Shown here: positions 12,503-25,441 of the stretch, piece by piece
How positions within the stretch are numbered: the stretch's first letter is position 1
How the letters are laid out: the number at the start of each line of letters is the position of its first letter
Assembly: GCA_964187785.1 (NCBI GenBank)
Contig: OZ076409.1
Span: 19,718,001-19,782,000, forward strand
Direction of reading: 5' to 3'
From: Amphiscolops sp. MND2022
Taxonomy: Eukaryota
DNA: 64,000 bases
The notes under the pieces: model-generated
The model's database searches: none
What the model saw: only the letters and a program-made list of their open reading frames with translations
Told to the model about the DNA's origin: nothing
Program-made: the position numbers and the translations under genes

Positions 12503-15500
12503 CTGTTAGGCTGAGCGGAATAAAGTTAGTTGTGTCTACTGCATATGTCAGACCCGATGACATCGAAGGATTGAGAAGTACAATAAAAGTTATACAGAGT
12601 TGCAAAACGTATGTTGACAAAAATTGCCTGAATGGAGCTCTTTTCTTTGGTGATCTCAATGCAAGACATACCTATTGGGGAGACAAATCGTGTAACTTGT
12701 TAGGTGAGGAACTAGTTCAAATAGCTGGTCACTTCAGCATTCTCAATGATGGTGAGCCTACGTTTTTGGCAGCAAATGGCTACAGTGTTATCGATCTTTG
12801 CATTTGTTATGGGCCACTGTTTGGTAGATGTAAACACTCTCTGTCTACGAATGAATTTGCTGAGCTGTTTACCGGTGCTCCACAGAGGGGTCATGTTCCT
12901 GTTTTTATGAGATTGGAGCGTAGTAGCACCACTGAGAAAACCAAGAAATTATCGATTGAAAAAGCTGATTGGGTGGGTTGGACTTCTTTCGTTGAGGGCT
13001 GAATAGATGATCTCATGGTTGTTGGGGACGACCTTGTTTTTCTTTGGAACGAGTTCAAGAATCAGCTGCACGAAGCTTCCCATAGTCATATACCCCTCAA
13101 GTGTGTTTCAAATCATAGCAAACCGTTTTGGAACTCAGACTTGACAGACGCAAGCAATGAACTCCGGTTTTTACGCAAAAAGTTCAAGTACAAATCAAAA
13201 TTTGAAATAGAAAAAAACTAAAGGCAGCGAAGGAACGTTTCAAGATTCTACTCAACAAAAGTGTAACTGAATGGATGGAAAACTATCTGTCATCGCTTGG
13301 GCATAAAAGAGGAAGAGAATTTTGGACTTCTTACAAGGCCTTACTCAACACTAAACATGAAGAAGTTAGTCTAATACGCAATAAGGAAGAGAGACTCTTA
13401 TATTCTCCAGAGGAAATTAGCAAAGAATTCGAAACCACGTTCTTCGGAGGAGAACATATGAAAAAGCAAATTTTCAACGATGCAACACAACTACAAGTAG
13501 AAGTCAAAGTAAATCAACCTCATGATGACCCTGAACATGATATTGAAGTATTTCATGATAAAATTACTTTCGTTGAATTGAAGAATGCAATTTTGAAATC
13601 AAGCAACACTAAATCTTTTGATATTGATGGTCTCCATTTGACAATGATAAAGAATTTGGGAACAAAAGCACTCCTTTTTCTGCTGAATATTTTCAATGTT
13701 TGCTGGGAGTATCATGTGTGGCCATGGACGGAGTCACGAGTCGTATTCATACGCAAGCCAAACAAAGAGAGATATTATGAATGCTCTTCATATCGACCAC
13801 TCTCAATCTCCAGTCATATCGGCAAAACGTTGGAAAGAATACTTGCAACCAGAATCAAATCGTATCTCGATGTGAATGGACTGCTTGGTGACGAACAGGA
13901 GGGTTTCAGATCGAAAAGAAACACCACTCGATCGCTCTACAGACTACATCTCATGCTGGAAAATGCCAAACGTTCACGTTTACCGACGGCCCTGCTTAAC
14001 ATTGACCTCGAAAAGGCTTTCGATAGCGTGTGGGTGGACGGCCTTCTCTTTAAACTGTTGGAACACAATATTTCTGGCAAAATGTATCAGATAATAAAAT
14101 CGTTCTTAAAAACCAGAGTCGCTTCAATTGAACTGAACGGATACAAACCGCCGAAGTTCCAGATTGACATTGGCGTTCCACAGGGAAGTGTGTTGTCACC
14201 ATTACTCTTCATCATCTTCCTAAACGACTTCCTTAGTAATCAAGCTCAAAAATTCAAGTTTGCAGACGATAGTTCTCTCATTGCCACTGGAATTATCTGC
14301 CATCCTACGAAAAAATTGTTCTGACATCGAGAAGTGGTGTGCAGATTGGAGAATGATAGTGAACGGAGGAAAAACTGAATTAATCCTTTTCAATTGCGAA
14401 GAGAATGACTTCGAACTCCCGTGCCTGTCTCTCGGAGTAATTATCGATAGCAAGCTCAACTACCGGGATCATTCTACTAAAACTATCGAGAGAGCAAAGG
14501 GAAATTGGAATATAATCAAGTCGTTATGCAATAGAAAATGGAGCCTTGCAGTCCCAACGCTAGTTCTGTTGTACAAAACCACTATCTTACCCTCACTTTT
14601 TTATGCAGCACCAATTTGGCTTGAGAAAAAGTCTCAGATACGTCACAGCAGTAGGGTGGCTGTAAATAGGTCGAATTTTTCTGGTGGAAAGGACTGAGGT
14701 CGAACCTTTTGATCGAATTACAGGGAACGAATGGAATGCGGTCGAATTTTATCGTATTTGTTGTATGGCTCGGTCGCTTCGCTCCTTTCGCCAAGTAGCA
14801 ACATTGAGGCATGGCCATATGGCACGTCGCTCCGCTTCGCTTCGCTCCTGCATTCAGGGCGCTAGGAGTATGTGAACATATCTGACTACGTTATAAAAAT
14901 TTCGATCCGAAATGTTTCGATCCCATTATAAAATTTGGTATTGTCGACCTGAGGATTAACTCTGATTTTCGATCCCGTTCCTTCGACCTATTTCCGCCCA
15001 CCCACAGCAGTACAGAACAATTTCATAAGGACAGTTTTTAGACACGGATTTTCGCCGAATTTCGACTCATGTCAAGTTCTGCTAGGAACGCCGCCTCTTG
15101 ATCTTCCGAGTACAGCTATCAACGTCAAATTTCTCTTGAAGCTCAAACTAGAAGACGATTTACTCTTTTCCGGACAGTGTTGCTAACCTCCTCGAGAGTC
15201 ATGTTACCAGATTCGGAAAGTTTTTGAGAATTCATAATTGTACGAGATATGTACAGCAAGATGTCAACCTTCTCATTAACTATCTTTGGAACCTCAGGTG
15301 GAAAAATAATGACGACAGGTCATTTCTGAAATGTTACACCAGAACCCCACCAACTTGTAACACTATATCGCCCCTTTTCAACCTTCAAAGGTATGAAGCC
15401 ATCAAAATTTGTGAAATGCTGATCGGCAATTCTTTCTCTTCAGACGGAATCTCCGATGTGTCATTGTGGCAAAAGTGAAGAGACTACAGAACATTTCTTT

Positions 15501-15741
15501 CTGGCATGTGGCCTATACCAAGACATCAGACCTGAAGACATTGACTCATTGAATCTCCTTGACCCTGAAGATTGCAATACCATTGTCGACTACATCTCAC
15601 ATTCAACGAAGTTAAAAGGAATTGTATAGCTCTCATCATTAAGTTCTAACTTAACTTTATCCAACTCTCAATGCTCTCTTTGTACTATTTATACGATGAA
15701 CACCCTCCCGCAAATTGGGGATATTAGAAAATATATATATA
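12503..15741 (+). mobile_element. 5'-truncated APE-RT LINE (I/Jockey-group-like) with stops and frameshifts
   Basis: APE motifs GDLNA.H..WG, LNDGEPTF, SVIDL; RT motifs YRPLS, QEGFR, DLEKAFDSV, GVPQGSVLSPLLF, FADD; C-terminal CHCG...ETTEHFFLAC; (TA)n tail; 12-bp TSD TCTTAGGCGGTA at 12491-12502 and 15742-15753. Confidence 0.9.
14654..15003. mobile_element. 350-bp Mutator/MULE-type MITE inserted in the LINE
   Basis: TIRs GGGTGGCTGTAAATAGGTCGAA / TTCGACCTATTTCCGCCCACCC; 9-bp TSD ACAGCAGTA at 14645-14653 and 15004-15012. Confidence 0.9.
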
Positions 15742-17093
15742 TCTTAGGCGGTAGATCCTAAAAGCGCTTCCGTGGTTGTTTCTGATTCTTGCATTTGGAA
15801 TTTGGAGTGTCATTGGACGGGTCATCAAATAGGCATAGCAGGGCTTTAGACATTCTCATATTTCCTAGGAGTCGTTTCGCTGAGCGACGACGAGCTCATT
15901 CAACTTGAATGGATGCTTGCGCAGGTCCTAAATGAAGATTGTCATTCGCTCGAACATTACTCGCGTCGAAGTTGATGTTCATGTTTGCGCCCGTCTTTGT
16001 TTCATACGGACTCGGTAATTTCATTTTTTTTCAGATCATGCATTCAGTTTTCTTTGTCCTTGGCTATGGTTAATGGAATCGTCAGACATACAGTGGCTAA
16101 ATAACGTAAGTCAATGTTATTTTCCCGTTTCTTTGGATTTCTTTTCGTTTTTCTAGTTGAAACTTTAGTTCCGGAATCTCTGATATTTTCTTCGATGAGA
16201 AGGATGATGGGATTTTTTCACAATAGGATGGTGTTTTATTTTCTAAAACTCACCATCACTTAATCAGTAGAAACAATGAAGTTTTTGAGGTGAAGTTTTT
16301 GAAAATGGGAATTGATAAATATTTGAAGCTGAATTTTGATCCAAAATTCTTTCAACAAAGCTACTTGTCCAAGATGAATAGAAGTTTCCAATGAATGAAT
16401 TTTTATGAAAATTATTTTATTAATTGAATCAGAACGACCTGAATAATGCGGATACGTGGGTTTTGCGGATGTCTAGGCCGAGGAATAAATTGAATTATTC
16501 AAAAGTGAGATTTTGAAATACCAGAAAATAGAAATTCTTTTTGTCTTGAGATATTTTCTCCGATTCATATCCAGATCGGATCTATAGGCTGTCGCATAGA
16601 CCACATCTCTCCATTAGCGAAACGCTTCATTACAATGAAGATGATAATGACACAGGGGCTTATTGACATTTATTTATATATATTTTTTGGCGGATTATTT
16701 AAAATCTGTCTTGGAGACAATGCCCTTTTTAAACTTTTTGTACCTCGAAAAGACTACAAACATCCCGAATAGATCCGGTATGGGAAGAAGAACGAAGGAA
16801 GAAGACTTTCTCTTCTGAATCAGAAGCAAAATGTAGAGAGAGAGACAACACTATATTATTGTAAGGGGATAGCTGACAGCTTACCATACAATAAGTGTAG
16901 ATGACTTATGCAAGCATAAGTAGTTCTCTCGAACTTTACAACAATTAAAAAGAAAGACAGACAGGTTTATTTGAAGCGGAAATCACGCCAGGTACTAGCT
17001 ACTTGAATAGGAACTGCATTTGACTCTTTTTCCAGATGTAAAAAACGTTTTCTTTCAATTTTTAAGAAATTTCAGAGTAACCGTTTGTCTGTC

Positions 17094-17234
17094 AGCAAAA
17101 CCTGCCATGTGTATTTCAAGAAGGACGGAACGAACAGATGGCTTGAAGTTGAAAAGGCCTTGCGTTTTGATCCCAAGCCAGTCCGCCAAGTCCCGGGTAT
17201 TGGCCAAAGCAGTAGAAAGTCCAACCACGCGAAC
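17094..17234 (-). pseudogene. ASCC3: Orphan exon fragment of an ASCC3-like (Ski2/Brr2-family) helicase
   Basis: Acceptor tttgttcag| then VRVVGLSTALANTRDLADWLGIKTQGLFNFKPSVRSVLLEIHMAGF, matching the ASCC3 second-cassette motif III region (recalled as VRIVGLSTALANARDLADWL..GLFNFRPSVRPVPLEVHI.GF). No neighbouring exons found. Confidence 0.75.
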
Positions 17235-17369
17235 CTGAACAAATTTTTGATTTAAAATTGAGAATTCAAATAAAATTGGTTTAAAAAAGGATGATATTTA
17301 TATAAAAGAGAGAAAGAATTTTTTTAAAAACTGAGAATCAAATCTCAATAACATTTAGTATGATTAGAT

Positions 17370-17645
17370 TAGACCAAGAATTGATGAAAAGTTTTGAAGA
17401 ATTGACATACAATTTTCAAGAATTCATATAAATTTTAAGAATCAACGTAAAATTGAAGAATCGAGAAAGTTTCAAGAATCGAGAAAAACAGCTAGAAGCT
17501 GTTTTTCTCGATTCTTGAAACTTTTCTCGATTCTTGCATGCTATGCATTATATTTAAATCAAGAATCGAGAAAAATCCCCACTTGCTTTCGCTTAGTTTT
17601 TCTCGATTCTTGAAATTTGCATGTATTACCATTAGTTCAAGAATT
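17370..17645. repeat. CAAGAATC(GAGAAA) subrepeat region with a central palindrome (foldback-like)
   Basis: AAGAATCGAGAAAGTTTCAAGAATCGAGAAAAACAGCT (17456-17493) is mirrored by 17497-17535; further CAAGAAT units occur on both sides. Confidence 0.7.
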
Positions 17646-17808
17646 CAAAAATTACCACAACGAAATCGTTGTAGTTCACGTTTTTCCCACTTTGGCCTCG
17701 TAATGAACCCACATGAATTATTTCTGACGCTATAAAGATCTTGTGAGACGCTAGCTAGGGCCTTTCTCTTCGAATTATAACGTAATGTTAATGATGTTTG
17801 TTTTCCAG

Positions 17809-18002
17809 GCTGAAAACATTTCGACGCAAGAAGCTGAAGCAGAACAAGAAGCAGCATGGCTTCGAGCAGTTGGCATGGACTCCGCCGTGGAGAAGTTTGA
17901 GAAGGGCGAGTACATAGACAAGCACACTGTGAAGCAACAGCTCTCTTTTCTCACTTCCCAGCAAAGAATCGCTGTCCAGAAACGTGTTCAAACACTTAAC
18001 AG
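17809..18002 (+). CDS. ARHGAP18: RhoGAP (ARHGAP18/28/40-conundrum family), first identified coding exon; gene 5'-incomplete
   Basis: ttttccag|GCT; EAAWLRAVG and LT..Q..AVQKRVQTL family motifs; donor AG|gttctc, phase 2. Confidence 0.85.
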
Positions 18003-18667
18003 GTTCTCTATCTACTATCTTTTAAACTAACTGTTTTCTTCGTATGCTCATCATCAAAGAAAGCGCATCAGAGAAATTATAGAGAGGTCAAAACAAAGGC
18101 AGAGTACTTCTATGGACACTAAAATGCCCACAGTAGGCAGTAAAAGAAATCATCATCATCATCATCGTATGCTCAATAATGTGTGAAACAGGTGACGCCT
18201 ACTTTTTTCAGTATCGTGTCATTCTTCAGTATTTTACAAAGCTAAGACTCACAGCAGGTATTATTCACATAAAGCTTTCGTACTACCTTCAAAGGAGTGA
18301 ATGCAAAAGTTCGTTATCATTTACTACCAATATTCTTAATCGAAGTAACAAAGCTCATAGTTCAGGGTTTGCATGTTTTCATTGGATTGTTGTGAAGAGT
18401 CTGTCGAATAGATTTCCTTTGTAGGTTTACCCAATACAATTATTTTGTAGAAATGATGAATAAACTTTTTTAAACGGGGTAACAAATTCAAACAATTATA
18501 ATTAAAAAAACATCACATTACACAACCACGATCATGGTCATCGAAATATCAAAACTTAGCAGATAAATTGCTGCACTTCTGGTCAGACCAAAGATAATTG
18601 GCATCTAATCAATGTCAATGGGATATGGCTAGTCTTTGCCAAAACTATACAGCGATGATGATCATTA

Positions 18668-18905
18668 TTATTTTCCGCCCATATTTCATATGGGAAAGGA
18701 ATATATTTAAATCAAACGGTTTTTTTTTACAAAATTTGCCAAGAATTGTTGTTTACGTAATATGAAGAAGTACATTCACAGAATTCAACTGACATAAATT
18801 TAGTTCCATGCGATATGTATTTGTAAAGATTTTTGGACTTGAAACGATTTTGTTGCTGAAATGATTTGGGGCGGAAAATATCCCGCTGGTCCGCGGGCGT
18901 CTTGT
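18668..18905 (+). mobile_element. HINE family C, short complete copy in a RhoGAP intron
   Basis: 5' subTIR TATTTTCCGCCC with hairpin CCCATATTTCATATGGG; 3' subTIR GGGCGGAAAATA, palindrome CCCGCTGGTCCGCGGG, then CGTCTTGT. Confidence 0.85.
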
Positions 18906-20974
18906 AGTTAGAAAGGATTTTCACAAACCGAAAAGAAATGTCACTGGGACTTTAGCCTGTCCTCCTATAAGGCTCCTATGAATAAACTTCTTGAAATTTA
19001 TCCCTCTGTTCAAATATTTTTGCGTTAGTACCGCAAGAAAGCATGCAAATTAAAACGAGCTTTCTTTTTCATGATCATTTAACAATGAATTGTCAAATTG
19101 AAGGTGAACCGTTTTTTTCCGTTGAGTCAAAGTTATCATATTGATTTCTTATTTGCTAATAATTGTTTGTATGGTTTGCTGAATACCTTATTGTATTATT
19201 GAAAGAATGTTACGAATGTCCTTGAGAAATTCTTCTCAGACCATTTTGGTTGCCCCTGTTCAACTTCGAGTTTGCTCCATCTCTTCATTCTTATATACCT
19301 CTTCTGTCATTGTAACCGACCCTGTCGATAACCAGGTGCCAGTACAAAGGATTCCCGACTTCTAATTTGGAATATATTTGTAAACAGTTCTCTGAATATT
19401 GTTTTTGGTTGGTGAAAATTGTAAAGCTCGAAAACTGAAGTTCTGGGATGTAATTTGATATGCTCACCGAGATCAACAAAGTAGCAGTCAGGAATGTTTC
19501 GTCGGCTCCTGTAATTTTGACAGCATTTTATAGGTCGAAGTTTCAATGTTCGTGGTGAAATTGATTCGAATAAATACGGCATTTGTCAACTTGGTCAACC
19601 TTCTCAATCGTTTGGTAAATGAAGATTATCAGCTGAAGGTGGAACAATTAATATTTGTGCTTGTTTTGATTATCATTCAACTGATTTTGCCTTTTATTGT
19701 TGCTGCTGATTCGTCTTGTACACGCAACATAAATATGAAGGTCCTGCAACCTATTTTTCAGAACTTAGCGTTTCGACATGAGATGAAATTCCGGTAAGAA
19801 TGTCACATTGTTTTCATCACACTTGAAGACGACTGTTGAACAAAGTAAAATTTTTGTTTATATCACAGATCCCTCCATGTTTGTACCAATCTATTAAGTT
19901 CTACTTTAAAAAGTTACATAATTTTTCGGCATGAACTGTCCGACATTACTAATCAGAACTTATAAATGGTGGTATTTTCAATCATCGCCCAAAATCGGTC
20001 CCTTTTTCTTCTACACTTCTGGTTGGTATGCTTCAATGTGGGTATCAGCTAATTCTCATATACTTTGGGTTTTTAAAAGACTACACTCCACACGAAATTA
20101 CTGAAAAACGGATCATAGGGTTCTACTGATGCAGCCAAACTAATTGAGTGCAGAATAAAAATAGAAATCTCGACCGAAGTCACAAACAAGGGTGAATAAG
20201 TATCTAAGAATGTACAAAACAACATGAAAATCAAAATGCATTGGAAATGCATTCTTATTGCCCCGGCGGGTACCCCTTGTTTCTTATTTCCCCAAAAAAC
20301 GAAAACAACTTTTATGCTTGAAAAAACTTCTTGGGCGAATGAAAGATATTGATATAGTTAAAGAAGATACTTAAAAGGATTGTCCCTAGAGTTGTTTCGA
20401 CATTTGCAGCAAAAATCCGGATTTTTTGTAATTTTTCCACAAAAAGCATAAATTCACGCCTAATACAACCTAAAATCATATAGGAAAGACCTTATTTCAA
20501 CATACTTGAAAATTTTCGCCGCCATAAATTAAAATGAGCGACTTTTAATTGTATTGATTCACAAATATAGGATTATGTCGACACCCATGGTATTCGAACC
20601 TTATTTCTTTATGGTTCCCCGGGGCCGCTTCGGATCCGAAATTTTCAGTAATTCTTTCAGTTTACTTGAATCGGGGTATGATAATTTTTGTCATTTTTTC
20701 ACGAATTATACTTTTGCTCATGCGAATCAGCGAATGAGTGTAAATATTAGTGTTTTTCGACGCTTTAAATGGTTTATGAAATGATTCAACGCTTTAAACA
20801 TTCGGTGCTTGGAGAATTCTCATTCGACTCCTATCAGCACGGAAAAACTTTGTAAAAGGTTTTAAAATGACGTTGACATTCCATTCAAAACTGCCAGTGT
20901 AATGGGCAGTAAGTCATATCAGTGAATATTTCCCTAATATGACAGTTCATCAAATTTTGTATTAAAGTACTTGG

Positions 20975-21393
20975 TAGACATGGGCGCCGCTTAAGCTAAG
21001 TAAAATCAGCGGCTTACCGCAATTCACTAGCGGCGCGCCGGCTCAGCCGGCTTTTTTGATTTAAAAAAATGCGAATATGAAACTAAATTCGATAACACTT
21101 TTTCACAAAATCATAGTATTCATGATCAAAAATCAAGTATCGAAAATAATTAGGAGATAATTGTGACCGCTTGCTGGTAATGATAAGAACTGCTGAATTC
21201 CATGAACGCTTAATCGCAGCCGATGTCGACGGTCTTGTGAGTAAAAATCGTGCGAGTTTCGAGAATCTGGGTAATTGATTTTTTGACTTTTGGATAGAAT
21301 ATTAGGCCGGCGTAAGCTAACGCTCCTCAGTGGCGCACGTAATTAATCGCATGCAGCGGCGGAGCCGGCTTGATTGGCTGGCGCCCATTACTA
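20975..21393. mobile_element. 419-bp hAT-type MITE in a RhoGAP intron
   Basis: TIRs TAGACATGGGCGCC / GGCGCCCATTACTA; perfect 8-bp TSD GTACTTGG at 20967-20974 and 21394-21401. Confidence 0.9.
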
Positions 21394-22373
21394 GTACTTG
21401 GATACTTTTTACAGAATAGTCGAGGGTTTTAGTTGTCGATCAGGAATATCAAAACTTTGTCCGTACGTAAAAGCTTAATCGCTTTTGGATTGTCGCTTTA
21501 TTCCTTATTCAACTGAGCGTGATACCCAACCCCGGCTATTTTAGACTGTTCAGCCAGATGTTTTGCCGATGTTATGCACTAACTAACAAAGATGCAAAAT
21601 CGAATTAATTAAGAAGCAGTGGAAGAAAGAAGTTGATTTTGAGACTTTTTAATACATTTAATATATTTATTCCGTGGTTCTTTCCGATATCATACCACAA
21701 GACAAGACAATTGCAAATTGTTTATTATCAAACTTTAAAAACTTGATTGGAAATAGCTTCGGCAGCTCTTTGGCAATACATTCTCATTGTTTAGTCGGAT
21801 TCGCGCGTTACTTTCATTAATAGTGTGGTGAGTTTTTTTTGTTTTGAAAAATACTTAATTGGAGTTTGTGAATTCTTGTTCACTAATTGCCGAAAATGAC
21901 CGACTTCGTGTTTTCGTGACGTTGCTGTTTTGATATCAGCGTGGCCAAGATAGCCCATTTGTGTTTTGAAATGTTTATTGAGTTTCTGGTTTTTTTCCTC
22001 AAAAATAAAGTTCTTTGTCTCAGTTGAACTAATTTCAGGTCAACCAAATGCTAAATGAATATTTCATTCATTTCCGCACCTGAAACCATTCTAATGAAAT
22101 TGAGTAACTGCTTGTATATCCTCTTGAAAATACCCCCTATCTCCCCTACTCCGTAACCCCTTCAGTAATTTTCAAGGCCCATATACCCCCAATTGAATGT
22201 GATACATTACCAAATTGCAATGCAATTACACGATGACTTTCATTGCTTCCATAAAGTGCTGACTTGTGTGATTACATAACTTGAACTCAGTTGGATCTCA
22301 TTATCTCATTCTTTGATGTTGGGTTGCTTTGTCACGTGATGGTTGGTTGCGGTGAAACGAGATTGTTGTTTAG

Positions 22374-22740
22374 GACACTGCGTAAAAGAAGAAGGACAAT
22401 TAGAAGTGACACAGAGGTACTTTATGGTTCTGCAGCCACAGGCGCTGCCCGAGATCTTCCCAACTACAATGCTGAGAATGAAACAGGGAAGCAATCATGC
22501 GTGGACACTTATCATGAGAATCCGCCGCCTCCCCTCAAATGCCAAACTTCCTTCATCGATTATGATCTGCCTCTAGAGCACAATAATGGCGCTGCCGTTC
22601 CACTTCAGACCAGCGCCTCTCCCACACACCAACTGCAATCGTCGAAATTTCGCGATTATTCAGATCATACACATCCCTACCACCACGCATTCAATGGCCA
22701 GCAACATTCACAGAAAAATCATGTTGGTTCCCCTTTTCAT
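22374..22740 (+). CDS. ARHGAP18: RhoGAP exon
   Basis: tttag|G completes Arg and continues TLRKRRR in frame; donor CAT|gtgaat, phase 0. Confidence 0.8.
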
Positions 22741-23060
22741 GTGAATCGATGCGTTGAAAATTAATGATATATTTTCTTTTGGAATATAAACAGGCAAGAT
22801 TATTATTTTTCGGACATGGAATGAAATGGTCACAAACAGCAAATTCGACAAAAAGTTCTACAGTCTCTAATTTTTCAGACTCATGTTTCTAACAGATCGT
22901 TTCTGTTTGACAAATCTAAGTCGGCCCCTTAGAACCAATGGAAAGTCATCGTGTTTAGATTATTGGTAACCGTAAAACTATATGCCTAACCTATTTTTGC
23001 GCTGTTTTCAATTTTTGGCAATTTTTACTATTTTGGTGTGTTACAATAATTTTATTGCAG

Positions 23061-23639
23061 GCTCGCAACTTGCCATATTCTCAGGCGGCATATACGCACG
23101 ATAACCAAAGCAGCAATCAGTTCGACGTCAATTCGCACAGCCACTGGGATGTTGTAGCGAGTGGCCCACAAGATGATCGAGACATCAAAGAGTTGTCTGG
23201 TCTCGAAGAAGACTTCTTCGAACTCATCGACGCAGACATTAGAGATGACCCAGACGAAGAAGAGGAGGAGGAGGAGGACCATTATGTGGAAGACGAGGAG
23301 ACCGGTATATCCCCTTTGGGCGAAGTCGATTCTCATACACAAGTCCAGACCAGCACCTTAAATTCAACTAACCCACTACCATTTAGAAACTCTCCCAATC
23401 ATTCCAGAAACCCAAACTTGTTGCCAACCCGCTCTCAGCACCAGCCTCCACATTCCATCGTCGGTGGGTCCAACAAGGAGAACAACGATGCTCTTCATGC
23501 GAATAAAAACGGCGACTGTTTCGTTGGCACCACTAACGACGTTCCGAGGGATGTTGCTGATGGTGACGTCAGCGGAGTTCGATCTAGCCGGTTATTAAGT
23601 ACGGGCGGAACTTTTCCCAGAGTTTCACTGGCAAGCAGA
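23061..23639 (+). CDS. ARHGAP18: RhoGAP exon (acidic, low-complexity region)
   Basis: ttgcag|GCT ... AGA|gtaagt; 193 open codons including a poly-Glu run. Confidence 0.85.
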
Positions 23640-24042
23640 GTAAGTTTACTCCTATACAAATACAGTGGATCCTGGATATAACCAGCGTCAGCGGAACGAC
23701 TAGTGGTGTTTCGTATAATCGGGCTTTCGTATATGTTGGTTTTAAAAAGTGAATTTGCAATCGGGTGCAAGATATGCATTGACTATAAGCCCGGTTTCTT
23801 ATATCCGGGATCCACTGTATTACTCAACAATCGCCATCTTAACAAAGAGTAGGAATGTAGGATATTTTGAGTAACATTACAGGTTGAATGCTTGTCAGTT
23901 TTTAACAAACATTCCCAAACTTCTTTTGATGAATTCATAATTTTGTCGAGTTTATTCTGGCGTTGCGACTCAAATTATTGATTGGGTCATTGATTGATCA
24001 TATTCTTTGAAATTGTTCTCTGTGATCCGATATTCTTTCTAG

Positions 24043-24432
24043 GAACGGAAAAATGGAATCACAGTACTGTACGATCTGAGTCTACCAGATGTTTCTCGCC
24101 TCAACACTCTGTCTTTTCTACAATTAACTTCCATATTTGATCAGTTCAATATACCTCTCTCGATCCCGAAGAAGATACCGAAGCCTCATTCCAAGGCGTC
24201 TCCTTGCATCTTTGGGCGGAACCTCACTTCCCTCGTGGACGACGAGATGAAACGAGACCAGTACCAGTACATTTTGGCTCCACGTTTTGTTAAAGAACTC
24301 ATCAAACATCTCATCAATGGTTCTTTAGCAGAAGAGGGGGTTTTGAGGAAAGCGGGAAACTCCAGTCGCATCAAAGGATATCGTCAATTGATTGATCAGT
24401 CATTCAATGCAAAGCCCTTTTCTTGGGCAGAA
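24043..24432 (+). CDS. ARHGAP18: RhoGAP exon (start of GAP domain, arginine finger)
   Basis: ttctag|GAA; GITVLYDLSLPD..LQLTSIFD, IFG..L..LV, EEGVLRKAG; donor GAA|gttagt. Confidence 0.9.
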
Positions 24433-24869
24433 GTTAGTGACTTCGATTAAAGAGACTAGGAGTGTATTTACATTCATTTTCGGCACCGATCTGAGAGTAT
24501 ACTTTGAGAAAGAGTACTTTGAATGAACAACAGTTAAGAACGAGTGAGCGGTTATGTAAATATGATTAGGGGTTATCATTCGACAAATGTGCATGTGGGT
24601 TAATTAATAGTTGAGTTTGTAAATGGTTTCCTCATACTACATGAAGAATTCGTTCTTGCATCGAAACTTACAATTCGGTTTCACAGTTGATACCAATTAT
24701 ATAGCTTCTGAAATTCATGAATTTTCCGATTAACTGTTATGTATTTGTGCTTATGTCTTCATGCATATTCAGCTGATCTTTTTGTATGATTAACATCTGT
24801 GTCAAATAAAGTTTTGCAACAAATGTGCCATGTGGACTACTTTAATAATGTTGAAGTATCTTTTTTCAG

Positions 24870-25329
24870 GTGCAAATTCACGACGCAGCATCTCTTTTGA
24901 AGCAGTACCTCATGGAATTGCCGGTACCAATACTTACCTTCGAGTACATGCATTTCTTCCCCTTAATCTGTAAAATGGATTGCAAGTTGAGCAAGAAGCT
25001 GGAGGCTTTAAACCTCTTGGTTCTCATGTTACCGGTAGCCCATTCACACACTTTGAAGCTCCTGCTCATTTATCTGGAAAAGGTGAGCCAGAACGAGGAA
25101 CACAACCGGATGAATTTGGAGAACATCGCCAAAATCATGGCGCCCACATTTTTCGGGGGCACTTCGTTCGATGGGGGCAACAAGTTTAAGAGTTCCAAGC
25201 CTTTGGGCTCCATGGACGATGAGATCAAGAACATCGAAGATCAGCAGGAGGTGCTTCAGTTGCTCATCCACTACCACGAGCAACTATGGATCATCCCTGA
25301 CTTCCTTCTCAGCGAATGTCGACATAAAA
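24870..25329 (+). CDS. ARHGAP18: RhoGAP exon (GAP domain core)
   Basis: ttcag|GTG; HDAASLLKQYLMELP.PILT, NRMNLENIAKIMAP, LW.IPDF; donor A|gttggt phase 1 (alternative phase-1 donor at 25372). Confidence 0.85.
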
Positions 25330-25441
25330 GTTGGTGTTTGCAGCATTATTTTCCGCCCTATTTCATGCAGGGTGAGGTAACTATTCATCCAGGACAGGCC
25401 ATTTTGGCAGTGGATTGCAAGTTCAAATCGTACCTTGGCTA

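Noticed and set aside
15869..15924. Candidate upstream RhoGAP exon (VVSLSDDELIQLEWMLAQ)
   Set aside because: Phase-compatible, but the donor (gtccta) is weak and there is no recognisable family similarity
19190..20100. Coding-like minus-strand relic in a RhoGAP intron
   Set aside because: Many stops and no motif I could assign
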